DNA from: a virus
Lineage: Duplodnaviria > Caudoviricetes
IMG/VR virus record: IMGVR_UViG_3300028601_000031
Location: 1 to 64,000 of that record
Reading direction: 5' to 3' (one strand)
Length of the DNA stretch: 64,000 nt
Below the pieces are notes generated by a model, which had not been told where the DNA came from, made no database searches, and was given only the letters and a program-made list of their open reading frames with translations. A program made the position numbers and the translations under genes. Positions 1 to 9,537 of this stretch are shown here, in pieces (the stretch's first letter is position 1; every line of letters starts with the position of its first letter).

Positions 1-151
1 TAAACATTTTTAAAAAATCTTTTGCTGTTGAATCATCGATATTAGATATTGAAACATTTATGGTTATATTACCATTTTCATCTTTTAAAGTTTCTAAATT
101 TATATCGTTATCCTTTTTTTCATTTAATTGATTAAATCTTTTAATTTTCAT
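1..151 (-). CDS. Hypothetical protein, runs off the window edge, with CTS-like leader (MKIKRFNQLNE)
   Basis: Hand-translated from ATG at 151; not in the ORF track; divergent from 201..554 around TTATATATAA at 171-180. Confidence 0.7.
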   Translation of the reverse strand, partial: MKIKRFNQLNEKKDNDINLETLKDENGNITINVSISNIDDSTAKDFLKMF

Positions 152-200
152 AATCTAATTTTATTTCTTATTATATATAAAATAAAAATATTTTGTTTTC

Positions 201-554
201 ATGTTAACATATGAAAAATTCATAGAAAATTATGATATAGTTGTTACCATACCATCAACTATTAAATGGGAAGATTACCAAAAGGAATTAATTGATGCAC
301 AACAAAATAATTATGTTTTAAATTTTAAAGTTAATTTTTTTCCTAAACATACAAAGAAAGGCAATAAATGTTATTTGGTACATAATAATTATATGGTAGG
401 TTGGTTAGAAATTGTTGGATTTGAAGAAAAAGAATTTACCTGCCAAACGACAGGTAAAAAATGGAAAGGTAAATTTATATTAAGAAGTCCAAAATTTAAT
501 AAAATTGAACCAATACATATGAAAGGGTTTAGAGGTTTTAGATATTTGAAATAG
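201..554 (+). CDS. Hypothetical protein, possibly ASCH/PUA-like; CTS-like leader MLTYEKFIE
   Basis: Small beta-rich ORF ending KGFRGFRY; fold call tentative. Confidence 0.5.
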   Translation: MLTYEKFIENYDIVVTIPSTIKWEDYQKELIDAQQNNYVLNFKVNFFPKHTKKGNKCYLVHNNYMVGWLEIVGFEEKEFTCQTTGKKWKGKFILRSPKFNKIEPIHMKGFRGFRYLK

Positions 555-1353
555 TATTTAATATTTTTCTAATTTTAGATGATCTAATTTTTTGTAATAT
601 GTATTTACTTTTATATTCTCTAATACCTCTGATTTTACAACTATTGTGTCTATCAATAATAAATTTTTTCTTATCTAAAAAGAAACCACTTATACCATAT
701 TCTATTTCATAAGGTAGTTCTAACCAATCAAATTGTTCTTTTATTTCTTTTGTTAGAAAATCTAAATATATTACGTCTGTATCTACATAAATAATATTAT
801 CAATATAATCGTTTTTAAATGTAACTAATGGATGATGAATATATTCACATATTAAATGATGTTTATCTACATAAAAATTAGAAAATTTAGGATTTGATAA
901 TGCACCATAAGTATAATTTATTAAATATTTAAATAATAATTTACTATTATCTGTTATATTTTTATGATTTTTAATTATATTAATATTTTTAACCATAAAT
1001 GAATAAATAATAGCAAATTCATCAATATTAAATTTTAATTTACCATTTTCGTATAATTTAACTATGATATTAGGATATAATACATTAAATGAAATTTTAC
1101 ATATATTTGTATGCCAATAATTTCTTAATTTATCATTAATTAATGTCGCTCCATAAGAACGATTGTCTGATATTTCTAAATCATTAATTTGATAAGAATC
1201 AAAGAAATAATCAATAAAATTTAAAAATACATTATTGAAATCTTTAATAGAAAATCTATTTAAAGAATTTAAAGTAAATTGTTCATTAGTAAATTTTTGT
1301 TGATTTAATAGATATACGATGTTATCTATATTGATAGGATTTTTTGTTTTCAT
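538..1353 (-). CDS. Minimal family-B DNA polymerase palm-like protein
   Basis: KYLINYTYG (motif B), YVDTD (motif C), FNVLYPNII (degenerate motif A); no exonuclease domain. Confidence 0.6.
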   Translation of the reverse strand: MKTKNPINIDNIVYLLNQQKFTNEQFTLNSLNRFSIKDFNNVFLNFIDYFFDSYQINDLEISDNRSYGATLINDKLRNYWHTNICKISFNVLYPNIIVKLYENGKLKFNIDEFAIIYSFMVKNINIIKNHKNITDNSKLLFKYLINYTYGALSNPKFSNFYVDKHHLICEYIHHPLVTFKNDYIDNIIYVDTDVIYLDFLTKEIKEQFDWLELPYEIEYGISGFFLDKKKFIIDRHNSCKIRGIREYKSKYILQKIRSSKIRKILNTISNI

Positions 1354-1426
1354 AGAATTTATCTTTTTTTAGTTTGAAGTTATCTCAATTTATTATAGTA
1401 TAGAAAACAAAAAAGTTTATATCAAG

Positions 1427-1453
1427 AAAAAGGAGCGGTCGAATTTCCGCTCC
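1427..1453 (-). terminator. Rho-independent terminator
   Basis: GGAGCGG/CCGCTCC stem followed by a U-run on the minus strand. Confidence 0.75.
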
Positions 1454-1626
1454 CCGTTTCTTAGATTTTTAGAATACCTCCTTTCACAATTAACCAGTTT
1501 TAACCCAAAACACAATCATAAATCTAAAATTCCTGGTCGTGAGTCAGGAGGTTTTCCACTTTGTTCTTTTTTCCACTATAACCATATTGATTTACATTAT
1601 TTTTTGGGTAATATAAAAACGATTAC
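1427..1626 (-). ncRNA. Candidate structured ncRNA (bulged rod hairpin 1476-1552)
   Basis: ORF-free GC-enriched island with nested pairings ACCUCCU/AGGAGGU, UCAC/GUGA, ACCAG/CUGGU, UUUUAG/UUAAAA; AATATATA motif upstream and terminator downstream; 5' end approximate. Confidence 0.5.
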
Positions 1627-1717
1627 AATATTATATATTTAATATAAAATATGAAAAAAATCCAAATTATATTGATATTATTGGTTTTCAGTATATAAAA
1701 ATATACATTTATTTTTT

Positions 1718-1725
1718 AATATATA
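1718..1725 (+). promoter_or_regulatory. Putative late promoter AATATATA
   Basis: Recurs at 6785, 21898, 25615 (+) and 56609, 57641 (-) just upstream of genes; analogous to T4 TATAAATA. Confidence 0.55.
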
Positions 1726-1742
1726 ATAAAAAAATAAAAGGA

Positions 1743-2036
1743 ATGATGAAGAATATAAACACATTTAAAGAATTTAATTTGAAAGAGAATAATGACTTTT
1801 CACTAAATAATGATAATGTGAAAAGTTATACTTGGGTAAGTGGTGGTAAAGAACATAATATAAAATATCATTTAAGTTATGATGTTTTTAGACGAATTTA
1901 TACAGCAAATCTTTTAGGTGGTGAATTTGATAATACTTATGGAGAAGGAGAAACTGAAGAAGATGCAGTAAAAAGTTTAAAGCTTAGATTAATTCAACTA
2001 AGAAATAAAAAAAAAATAAAAAATAATAAAGAATAA
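1743..2036 (+). CDS. Hypothetical protein with CTS-like leader
   Basis: MKNINTFKEFNLKE; C-terminal part resembles a HicB-like GETxEDA motif. Confidence 0.6.
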   Translation: MMKNINTFKEFNLKENNDFSLNNDNVKSYTWVSGGKEHNIKYHLSYDVFRRIYTANLLGGEFDNTYGEGETEEDAVKSLKLRLIQLRNKKKIKNNKE

Positions 2037-2041
2037 TAAAA

Positions 2042-2665
2042 ATGAATAGAATATTATTATTTGAAGAATTTAAAGAACAAACATTAATAAAAAATATAGA
2101 AGTATATAATAAATTTTTATCAAAATATAAAGGAGATAGAAGTTCATCTGTTGCATGGGAAGCTGATAATTCTCAAATTAAAAATTTTGAATTAGTTTCT
2201 AATCATATTAAATCAGGTGATTCATTATTAGATTTCGGATGTGGAATGGGTGATTTTATATTACATTTAGATAATCAAAATATTCAATTATCTGATTATT
2301 TAGGTGTAGATATAAATAAAAATTATATATCAATTGCTAAAGATACATATAAAAATTATGATTTTAAATTAATAAAAGATGCTAATGAAATTAATAAAAA
2401 ATTTGATATTGTTTGTGCAATTGGAGTTTTTACATGGTATATAGATAAAGATGAATTTATTGAAACTATAAATAAATTACATGATTTATGTAATAAAAAA
2501 GTATTAATAACATGTATCCATAAACATGATATGGTAATAAGTGATGATTATTGGGAATCTGAATACAGAGAGTATAATAAAGAAATATTTAATGAATTGT
2601 TTCCTAATTTAAATCTTAAATTTGAATATATATATAATACAATGTTAGTTATTATAACAAAATAA
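2042..2665 (+). CDS. Class I SAM-dependent methyltransferase
   Basis: LLDFGCGMG, YLGVDIN, FDIVCAIGVF. Confidence 0.85.
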   Translation: MNRILLFEEFKEQTLIKNIEVYNKFLSKYKGDRSSSVAWEADNSQIKNFELVSNHIKSGDSLLDFGCGMGDFILHLDNQNIQLSDYLGVDINKNYISIAKDTYKNYDFKLIKDANEINKKFDIVCAIGVFTWYIDKDEFIETINKLHDLCNKKVLITCIHKHDMVISDDYWESEYREYNKEIFNELFPNLNLKFEYIYNTMLVIITK

Positions 2666-2681
2666 AAAATAAAAATAAAAC

Positions 2682-3281
2682 ATGAACAATATTAAAAAAT
2701 GGAAACAATTTAACGAAGAAGTAGAAAAATATCATCTTTTAAATGAAGAGAGTTTACCTCCTAATAAAGACCATCAATATTTTATTGATATTTTTAAAAA
2801 ATTAGGTTATAATATTATAAAAAATATTTCTGGTGGGCATTACGGATATTGTTATTTAACAGATAAGAATACAGTTCTTAAATATACATCAGATAAATTT
2901 AATGCAGCCGCAGCATATATATTAAAGGGAAAAAAATTAGAATATTTAGTAGATTGTTATAATTCATATATAATTAATCATAACGATCATACTTTTTATA
3001 TAATTGAAATGGAATATTTAGATACAAAAAAAGTTAATTTAAATAAATTAAATGATGCATTTAAAAAATTTAATTATAAAATGTCATATTTTAATACAAT
3101 ACACCCAAATTCATATGTAAGAGATTTTTTAAAAATACTAAAAGAAGCAGATAAATATGGTATAAGAGTAGATTTACGTAATACAGGAAATTTCACTATT
3201 AAAAATAATCATTTATGTGCGATAGATTTAGGGTACATTAGTCATAAAACTGTGGATAAGATAGAAATTATTAATATATAA
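2682..3281 (+). CDS. Protein kinase-like enzyme
   Basis: SGGHYGYCY glycine loop, VLK lysine, IEMEYL hinge, DLRNTGNF catalytic loop, IDLG. Confidence 0.7.
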   Translation: MNNIKKWKQFNEEVEKYHLLNEESLPPNKDHQYFIDIFKKLGYNIIKNISGGHYGYCYLTDKNTVLKYTSDKFNAAAAYILKGKKLEYLVDCYNSYIINHNDHTFYIIEMEYLDTKKVNLNKLNDAFKKFNYKMSYFNTIHPNSYVRDFLKILKEADKYGIRVDLRNTGNFTIKNNHLCAIDLGYISHKTVDKIEIINI

Positions 3282-3301
3282 ATTTTTAACAAATTAAAAT
3301 A

Positions 3302-3333
3302 TTTGGTTTTTTAAAAAATTATTATTATCTTTG
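3302..3333 (+). promoter_or_regulatory. Bacteroidota-type housekeeping promoter (-33 TTTG, -7 TATCTTTG)
   Basis: Matches TTTG-N20-TAnnTTTG, 21 nt before the start at 3355. Confidence 0.8.
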
Positions 3334-3354
3334 TTAATTCAAAAATAATTAAAA

Positions 3355-4101
3355 ATGTTAAATTTCGATTATATATTTGTGTGTGGTGATATTCATGGAG
3401 AATTAGATGTTATTCCAAATTTTCTTAAAGCTAATGATTTAAAAAACTGTGCAATTATTGTTGTAGGTGATTTTGGTGTTGGGTTTGATGATGTCATTAA
3501 AGAAGATAGAAGAATGAATCATTTTAATAACAGATTAAAAAAATACAACAGCGCCGTATTTGTTGTTCGTGGAAATCATGATGATCCTAATTATTTTAAT
3601 GGTGAATTAGATATTAACAAAAAACATGTTAAATTTGTTAATGATTATGATGTATTAGAGATAAATGGTTGGAATATTCTATGTGTTGGTGGTGCAACAA
3701 GTATCGATAGAACAAATCGTAAAAGATATATTCTAGGAAAAGGTAGAGATTGGTGGAAAGATGAAATATTCGTTTATGATGAAAATAAAGCTAACAATTT
3801 AAAAGATATCGATTTTGTTGTTACTCATACTGCTCCTCACTTTGCATATCCTTATGTTAAAATAGGATTAGATTACTGGATAAACAGAGATATTCATTTA
3901 TTTGGTGATTTGGAAAAAGAAAGAAGTGAAGTAACTAAACTTTATGAACATTTAATTATAAATGGTAATAAAATTCTAAGATGGTATTATGGTCATTTTC
4001 ATATGAGCAAAACATTTCCATATGATGATACTATCTTTACTTGTTTGGATATTAATGAAACGAAAGAATTATTTCCTTTAAATAATAAAAATTATGATTA
4101 A
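3355..4101 (+). CDS. Calcineurin-like metallophosphoesterase
   Basis: GDIHG, GDFG, RGNHD, THTAP, GHFH. Confidence 0.9.
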   Translation: MLNFDYIFVCGDIHGELDVIPNFLKANDLKNCAIIVVGDFGVGFDDVIKEDRRMNHFNNRLKKYNSAVFVVRGNHDDPNYFNGELDINKKHVKFVNDYDVLEINGWNILCVGGATSIDRTNRKRYILGKGRDWWKDEIFVYDENKANNLKDIDFVVTHTAPHFAYPYVKIGLDYWINRDIHLFGDLEKERSEVTKLYEHLIINGNKILRWYYGHFHMSKTFPYDDTIFTCLDINETKELFPLNNKNYD

Positions 4102-4690
4102 TAAAATAAAAGATAATATTAAAAAACTAGAAAAAGAACTAAAGAGTAATAAAAGAAAATTAATATCATCTATACTTATGGTATTTTTTCTAATAATTAT
4201 GTTATTAACTGGTGGTAATAGTATTATTTTTAGATTCTTTATGACCATAGTTCTTTTAGTTTATATTGTTGGTGCATTTTATTTTTCAAAAACTATTTTT
4301 GACATATCGGGTGAATTATCTCATAATAAAGAAATATTATATGAATATGAATTAAATGAAATGAAAAAAAGATACTATAATTATTATAATAGTTATAGAG
4401 AGTTTTTCACAAGAGATTCAACATATGGGCATAATTATTATGGTGATAGTTATAGAAAAGTAAATAAACCAATAATTGATCAAAATGTTAAAAATAGTTA
4501 TCAATTAATGGGATTAGATATTAATGATAATATTGTTAAAATTAAAAATAGATATAGAGAGTTAGTTAAAAAATGGCACCCTGATGTATTTTCAAATGAC
4601 ACTAAAGAAAATCAAGAAATATCTAAAAGAAATATGCAAAAATTGAATAATGCTTACAATATCATAAAAAAACATAAAGGTATAAAATAA
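4094..4690 (+). CDS. Membrane protein with C-terminal J domain
   Basis: Two hydrophobic helices; YRELVKKWHPD...LNNAY. Confidence 0.85.
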   Translation: MINKIKDNIKKLEKELKSNKRKLISSILMVFFLIIMLLTGGNSIIFRFFMTIVLLVYIVGAFYFSKTIFDISGELSHNKEILYEYELNEMKKRYYNYYNSYREFFTRDSTYGHNYYGDSYRKVNKPIIDQNVKNSYQLMGLDINDNIVKIKNRYRELVKKWHPDVFSNDTKENQEISKRNMQKLNNAYNIIKKHKGIK

Positions 4691-4721
4691 AAAAAAGGAA
4701 GATTTAATCTTCCTTTTTTTT
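4689..4721. terminator. Bidirectional terminator
   Basis: A-run GGAAGA/TCTTCC T-run between convergent genes. Confidence 0.75.
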
Positions 4722-5456
4722 ATAATCAAATACTTTTTTAATGGCTTCATCTAATGTTATATCACCATTTTTAAGTTTGGGATCTAATTCTTTTTTAATA
4801 TCACCTATTAATCTACAGGGTTGTATATCTAATAAATCCATAATCATATTACCAGTCAACGGAGATCTCCATTTAGCATCTTCATCTTTTTGTCTTATCT
4901 CTAATATTCTGTTTTTTATTATATTTAAATTACTAATTATTCTATTTCTTTTATCATCAAATTTTGTTGTTATATCACACTTACAAAATTCAATTAAATC
5001 AAATATGATATCTTGCCCTACTTCTTTATCTAATCTTCTTATAACTGATTCTGACACATCCCTGTGAATTTTAACTCTGCCATGATAGTAAATCATCCTA
5101 TAAACATAATATCTTAAATATTCATCGTTTATATCCAATCTATCGAATATTTTTATTGTCATTTCAGCCCCAACAGATTCATGATTATGAAATGTCCATT
5201 TACCTTTACTATTATCTTTAGTTTTTGGTTTACCTATATCATGGAATAATGCTACCAATTTCATTTTATGATCATTGGTAATATCTGATACATTTTTTAA
5301 GACTTGTAAAGTATGATAAAAATTGTTTTTATAACCTTTTATATTATCATCTAATACAACAAGTTCTGGTAAAATGTTAACAAGTTCACCATTATTATAT
5401 AATTCTAATAGGTGAACTTGTACATTTTCTTTTTTTATTAATTCTATTAAATTCAT
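4704..5456 (-). CDS. Stand-alone HD domain resembling the C-terminal half of CCA-adding enzymes
   Basis: HTLQV, LFHDIGKP, FHNHESVGA, CDIT, LTGNMIM; no nucleotidyltransferase head. Confidence 0.8.
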   Translation of the reverse strand: MNLIELIKKENVQVHLLELYNNGELVNILPELVVLDDNIKGYKNNFYHTLQVLKNVSDITNDHKMKLVALFHDIGKPKTKDNSKGKWTFHNHESVGAEMTIKIFDRLDINDEYLRYYVYRMIYYHGRVKIHRDVSESVIRRLDKEVGQDIIFDLIEFCKCDITTKFDDKRNRIISNLNIIKNRILEIRQKDEDAKWRSPLTGNMIMDLLDIQPCRLIGDIKKELDPKLKNGDITLDEAIKKVFDYKKKED

Positions 5457-6610
5457 TACGTTACTAAATGTGATTTTTCTTTTTGTTCATTATACCATTT
5501 ACCAAAATCGAAATCATTTATACTTTTAGATAGTTCATCTTCTTTTAATGGTTTACTAACAGTTTTATTATTTGTTGATGAACCAGTATTATTTCTATTA
5601 TAAGAATATCCATCACCATCCCAGTAATCATTCCAACCATGACCATAATATCCACCATAATTATATCTATTATAACTATTGTATCCACTATTATATCTAT
5701 TAGTATTATATGTAGATTTTTTACCTTTATATGCGATATTATCACACTTTCTTTCAATTGGTAATGTTTCCCAATCTATTTTAGTACAAACAATGGATAA
5801 AAGTTCAAGAAATTCAATATCTTGTTTTTCTGATGTAGTATGTTCGCTAAAATATCCACAAGATAAATTTGTACATTCATCTATAATATCCATAAATTCA
5901 GCGGAGTCTGTATAAACACCTGTATTATCAGGTTTAAACCAAAAACCATATTCATTTAATCTATTTGATAACTCATTTGCAAATGTATCAGATGCACAAT
6001 CACCTCCCATTTGTGATGTGATAATCGAATCATATCCTTTTCTATCAAATGATATACATTTTTTAATTTCTGGTATGCTTACTTTTTCTAAAAATTTATT
6101 AAAAACCCTTGATTGTGAACTAGATCCAATACATCCACTTTCTTCACCAATGAAAAAATAATATAAACCTGGAACATTTTCACTAATCATGTTAAGCATA
6201 ATAGTCATACCTGCTTTATCATCAGCACCTAGATTTGTTTGTCCATCGGTTTTAATGAAATCTCCGTCAAATACATGTTTAACAGATTTATCATCAACTT
6301 TTTTAGTATCATTTTTCTTTTCTTTTTCTGGATCGATTATATCCCATTGTTTTGTATCGGTGTTCCATTTTCTATTACTATAGTCAATTCCTCCACTATA
6401 TGTATAAGGTCCTCTATCAATTGTATCTAAGTGACTAGTAAACATAGTGTTTGAAAATGTACCATCTGGTTTTTTAACTATTATATAATAGTTACCAATA
6501 TCATCCTTTTCGAATTTAAATTCTGGTAATAATTTAATGACATCATCCTCTGTTCTATAAGGATATCTTTTACTGGTTAGTTTTAAAAATGTACTTTTAA
6601 TATCTATCAT
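5456..6610 (-). CDS. M20/M28-family zinc peptidase
   Basis: SHLDT, LGADDKAG, GEESG, FDR, GY..EH. Confidence 0.85.
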   Translation of the reverse strand: MIDIKSTFLKLTSKRYPYRTEDDVIKLLPEFKFEKDDIGNYYIIVKKPDGTFSNTMFTSHLDTIDRGPYTYSGGIDYSNRKWNTDTKQWDIIDPEKEKKNDTKKVDDKSVKHVFDGDFIKTDGQTNLGADDKAGMTIMLNMISENVPGLYYFFIGEESGCIGSSSQSRVFNKFLEKVSIPEIKKCISFDRKGYDSIITSQMGGDCASDTFANELSNRLNEYGFWFKPDNTGVYTDSAEFMDIIDECTNLSCGYFSEHTTSEKQDIEFLELLSIVCTKIDWETLPIERKCDNIAYKGKKSTYNTNRYNSGYNSYNRYNYGGYYGHGWNDYWDGDGYSYNRNNTGSSTNNKTVSKPLKEDELSKSINDFDFGKWYNEQKEKSHLVT

Positions 6611-6635
6611 TTTATTATAATTTACAATTAATTCA

Positions 6636-6667
6636 CAAAAGTAATAATAAAAAATATAATTTCCAAA
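6636..6667 (-). promoter_or_regulatory. Bacteroidota-type promoter
   Basis: TTTG-N20-TACTTTTG on the minus strand. Confidence 0.75.
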
Positions 6668-6841
6668 TTTTAATTAATAAAAATATATTATTATATGATT
6701 TATTGAAACTTTTACAAAAATAATAAAAATATTCAAAATATAAAAATAATAATTTATATATAATAAAAATGATGTTTAAAAATTAATATATAATTTAACA
6801 TTAAAAAATTTTGTTTTAAAAAAAAATAATATACTTTTGCA

Positions 6842-8026
6842 ATGAAAAAATTACAGAGTTTCCAAGATTACTTAACTGATAAAATTCTAGAGAATATGAA
6901 TCTTAAAATTAAAGAATTGGAGCTAATTCTATCTCCAAAAATGATCAAAATGTTAAAACAGATGAATCATAAAATCGCTGATGAACTATTAGAACTACAT
7001 CTAGATAGTGAACCAAAATTTAAAATAACTTTTGTTGATTTGGGTTCAGAATCAGATATGGTTTCTTTTATACAAGCTAATAAAGTACCTGAATTAATAG
7101 AACCTGATCTAGTACACGGTACTTATAATAAAGAAATAGACGATGAAAATTTTAAAGGTGGATATTATGATTATATTCCAATGTATAAAAATCCTTGGAT
7201 AAGTGATGATGAACACATGATAGATCTATTTGATCCTCAATTTAAATCAAAGGAACATCCAGTTTGGACAAAATTTAGATCTGAAATTAAAGTTGGTAGA
7301 TTTATAAATAGAATATTTGGTAATAAATTTCCAGCTAATGTTAAAAGAACAGAAGCCGCTAAAAAAGAAAAACCAGATGATGTTGAATCATTTGTTAATA
7401 TGTTTGTTGCAACAGTAGAAGAAAACTCTAAGAAATTTGTAATGGTCAAAGGTGAAGATATCAGACATTGGTATGATTGTAATAATTATTTTAAAAATGC
7501 TGGAACTTTAGGTGGATCATGTATGAAATATCCAGAAAAATCACATTATTTTGATCTATATTGTAATAATGATGATAAAGTTCAAATGTTAATTCTTCTT
7601 CCAGAAGATATAAGAGATAAGATTATCGGTAGAGCTATAGTTTGGAAATTAGATGAACCTAATGGTAGATATTTTATGGATAGAATTTATACAGCAAATG
7701 ATTCAGATGAATATATGTTTATTGAATATGCAAAAAGAAAAGGTTGGTTATATAAGAGTTCACAATCAATGGGATATGATGTTAAAATTTATGATCCTGA
7801 AAATGATACAGTATCTAAAATAGATATGTTGGTTAAATTACAACCACAAAAATATGGTAGATATCCATATTTAGATACAATGTCATTTTATAATCAAGTA
7901 ACAGGTGAAATAACTAATGATAATGATTATGCTCAAAAATATAACATTGAAAATAGAGATAAAAATAACGATGATGATAGATTTATTAGGTTAACAAGTG
8001 ATGGTGGTGGATATGGTAGTGTTTAA
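6842..8026 (+). CDS. Uncharacterised phage protein, SCM/MDRIY/YPYLDT family, paralog 1
   Basis: LGGSCM, GRAIVW, MDRIY, YPYLDT shared with 8060 and 36144. Confidence 0.75.
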   Translation: MKKLQSFQDYLTDKILENMNLKIKELELILSPKMIKMLKQMNHKIADELLELHLDSEPKFKITFVDLGSESDMVSFIQANKVPELIEPDLVHGTYNKEIDDENFKGGYYDYIPMYKNPWISDDEHMIDLFDPQFKSKEHPVWTKFRSEIKVGRFINRIFGNKFPANVKRTEAAKKEKPDDVESFVNMFVATVEENSKKFVMVKGEDIRHWYDCNNYFKNAGTLGGSCMKYPEKSHYFDLYCNNDDKVQMLILLPEDIRDKIIGRAIVWKLDEPNGRYFMDRIYTANDSDEYMFIEYAKRKGWLYKSSQSMGYDVKIYDPENDTVSKIDMLVKLQPQKYGRYPYLDTMSFYNQVTGEITNDNDYAQKYNIENRDKNNDDDRFIRLTSDGGGYGSV

Positions 8027-8059
8027 AATTATTAGATTTTAAAAAAATTAAGAGATTAA

Positions 8060-9520
8060 ATGAAATTAATAACCAGTTATAATGATTATATAGTAGAAAA
8101 AATGTTAGTAGAATCAATAAGAGAAATGAAATTTGTTTTATCTGATAGATTAATTGATATATTAAAATCAATATACAGTGATATATCAGATAAACTATTA
8201 AAATCACATAATGATTTAGATTTTAAGACTAAACATACATTTATAGATATTAAAGATGGTACAGATGATTCAATATCATTTATATTGGCTAATAAAGCTG
8301 GTGATTTATTGGAAATTGATGATGAAGAAGAACTTGATTCTAATATAGAATTTAAAAAGAAATTAAGAGATGAAATAAAAATAGATAATCCTTTATACAA
8401 AAGATATAGAGGTTCTATGAAAATAGGAAGATTTATAAATACCTTATTTCCAGGTGAGTTTCAATCATCATCAAGATATAAACAATATAAAATTAATGAT
8501 GTTGAGTCATTTGTTAATATGTATAAAGTAATGTCTAATAAGGAAGAAAAATTTAAAATGTTTGATTTAGTAAGTGGAACAGATATTGCAAAATGGTATT
8601 ATTGTGATAATTATTTAGACAGAAATAATGGATCATTAGGTGGTTCTTGTATGTCAAGACACGGTGAATCATATTTTACACTTTATACTAATAATGATGA
8701 TAAAGTACAATTATTAATATACTACTCAGATGAAACAAAAACAAAAATAAAAGGTAGAGCATTAGTATGGAAATTAGATGAACCTAATGATAGATTTTAT
8801 ATGGATAGAATATATACAAATGACTATTCAGATGAAAAAATATTTATAGAATACGCTAAATCAAAAGATTGGTTATTTAGATCAATACAAGGCTATCAAC
8901 AAAGTGGAGAAATTGCTGATCCTAGAACTGAAATAAATTCAAATATTATACTAAAAGTATATTTAAAACCAGAACATCACAATAAATATCCATATTTAGA
9001 TACATTGGTTTATCATAATCCTGATACTGGATTGTTAAGTAATAGAGAGACAGGATGTAAATATTTATTAACTAGTACAGGTGGTGATTATGATTATCTA
9101 GATGATGATTATGATACTGTTTATAGTGATTATCATGGCGATGATATAATGAGAAGAGATGCAGTATATTGTGAATTAGGAGAAGATTGGGTATTAAGAG
9201 ATGAAGCATTAAGAGTTTATAATACTGGTTTAGGTAGTGAAGTATATGCAATATCTGGTTATCAAGGTATTGTACATTCTGTAATAAGTAATAAGATAGA
9301 TAAATATTTCCCAGAAGAAAAATGTATATGGTCAGATTATCATAATACTTGGATATTTAAAACAAGTGCAAGAAAAGTATATTTAGATAAAAATAAAACA
9401 AGTAGTATTTTAGATCATAAAGTAAATGAAAATGAAACATTTGCTAAAGTGGGAGAAGAATACTATGATATAGGACTAGTGACAAAAGACAGTAATAATA
9501 ATTGGAAATTAAAGGACTAA
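8060..9520 (+). CDS. SCM/MDRIY/YPYLDT family, paralog 2
   Basis: Same motifs plus C-terminal extension. Confidence 0.75.
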   Translation: MKLITSYNDYIVEKMLVESIREMKFVLSDRLIDILKSIYSDISDKLLKSHNDLDFKTKHTFIDIKDGTDDSISFILANKAGDLLEIDDEEELDSNIEFKKKLRDEIKIDNPLYKRYRGSMKIGRFINTLFPGEFQSSSRYKQYKINDVESFVNMYKVMSNKEEKFKMFDLVSGTDIAKWYYCDNYLDRNNGSLGGSCMSRHGESYFTLYTNNDDKVQLLIYYSDETKTKIKGRALVWKLDEPNDRFYMDRIYTNDYSDEKIFIEYAKSKDWLFRSIQGYQQSGEIADPRTEINSNIILKVYLKPEHHNKYPYLDTLVYHNPDTGLLSNRETGCKYLLTSTGGDYDYLDDDYDTVYSDYHGDDIMRRDAVYCELGEDWVLRDEALRVYNTGLGSEVYAISGYQGIVHSVISNKIDKYFPEEKCIWSDYHNTWIFKTSARKVYLDKNKTSSILDHKVNENETFAKVGEEYYDIGLVTKDSNNNWKLKD

Positions 9521-9537
9521 TATTTTAGTCCTTTTTT
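9511..9537. terminator. Terminator hairpin at convergent stops
   Basis: AAAGGACTAA/TTAGTCCTTT. Confidence 0.65.
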
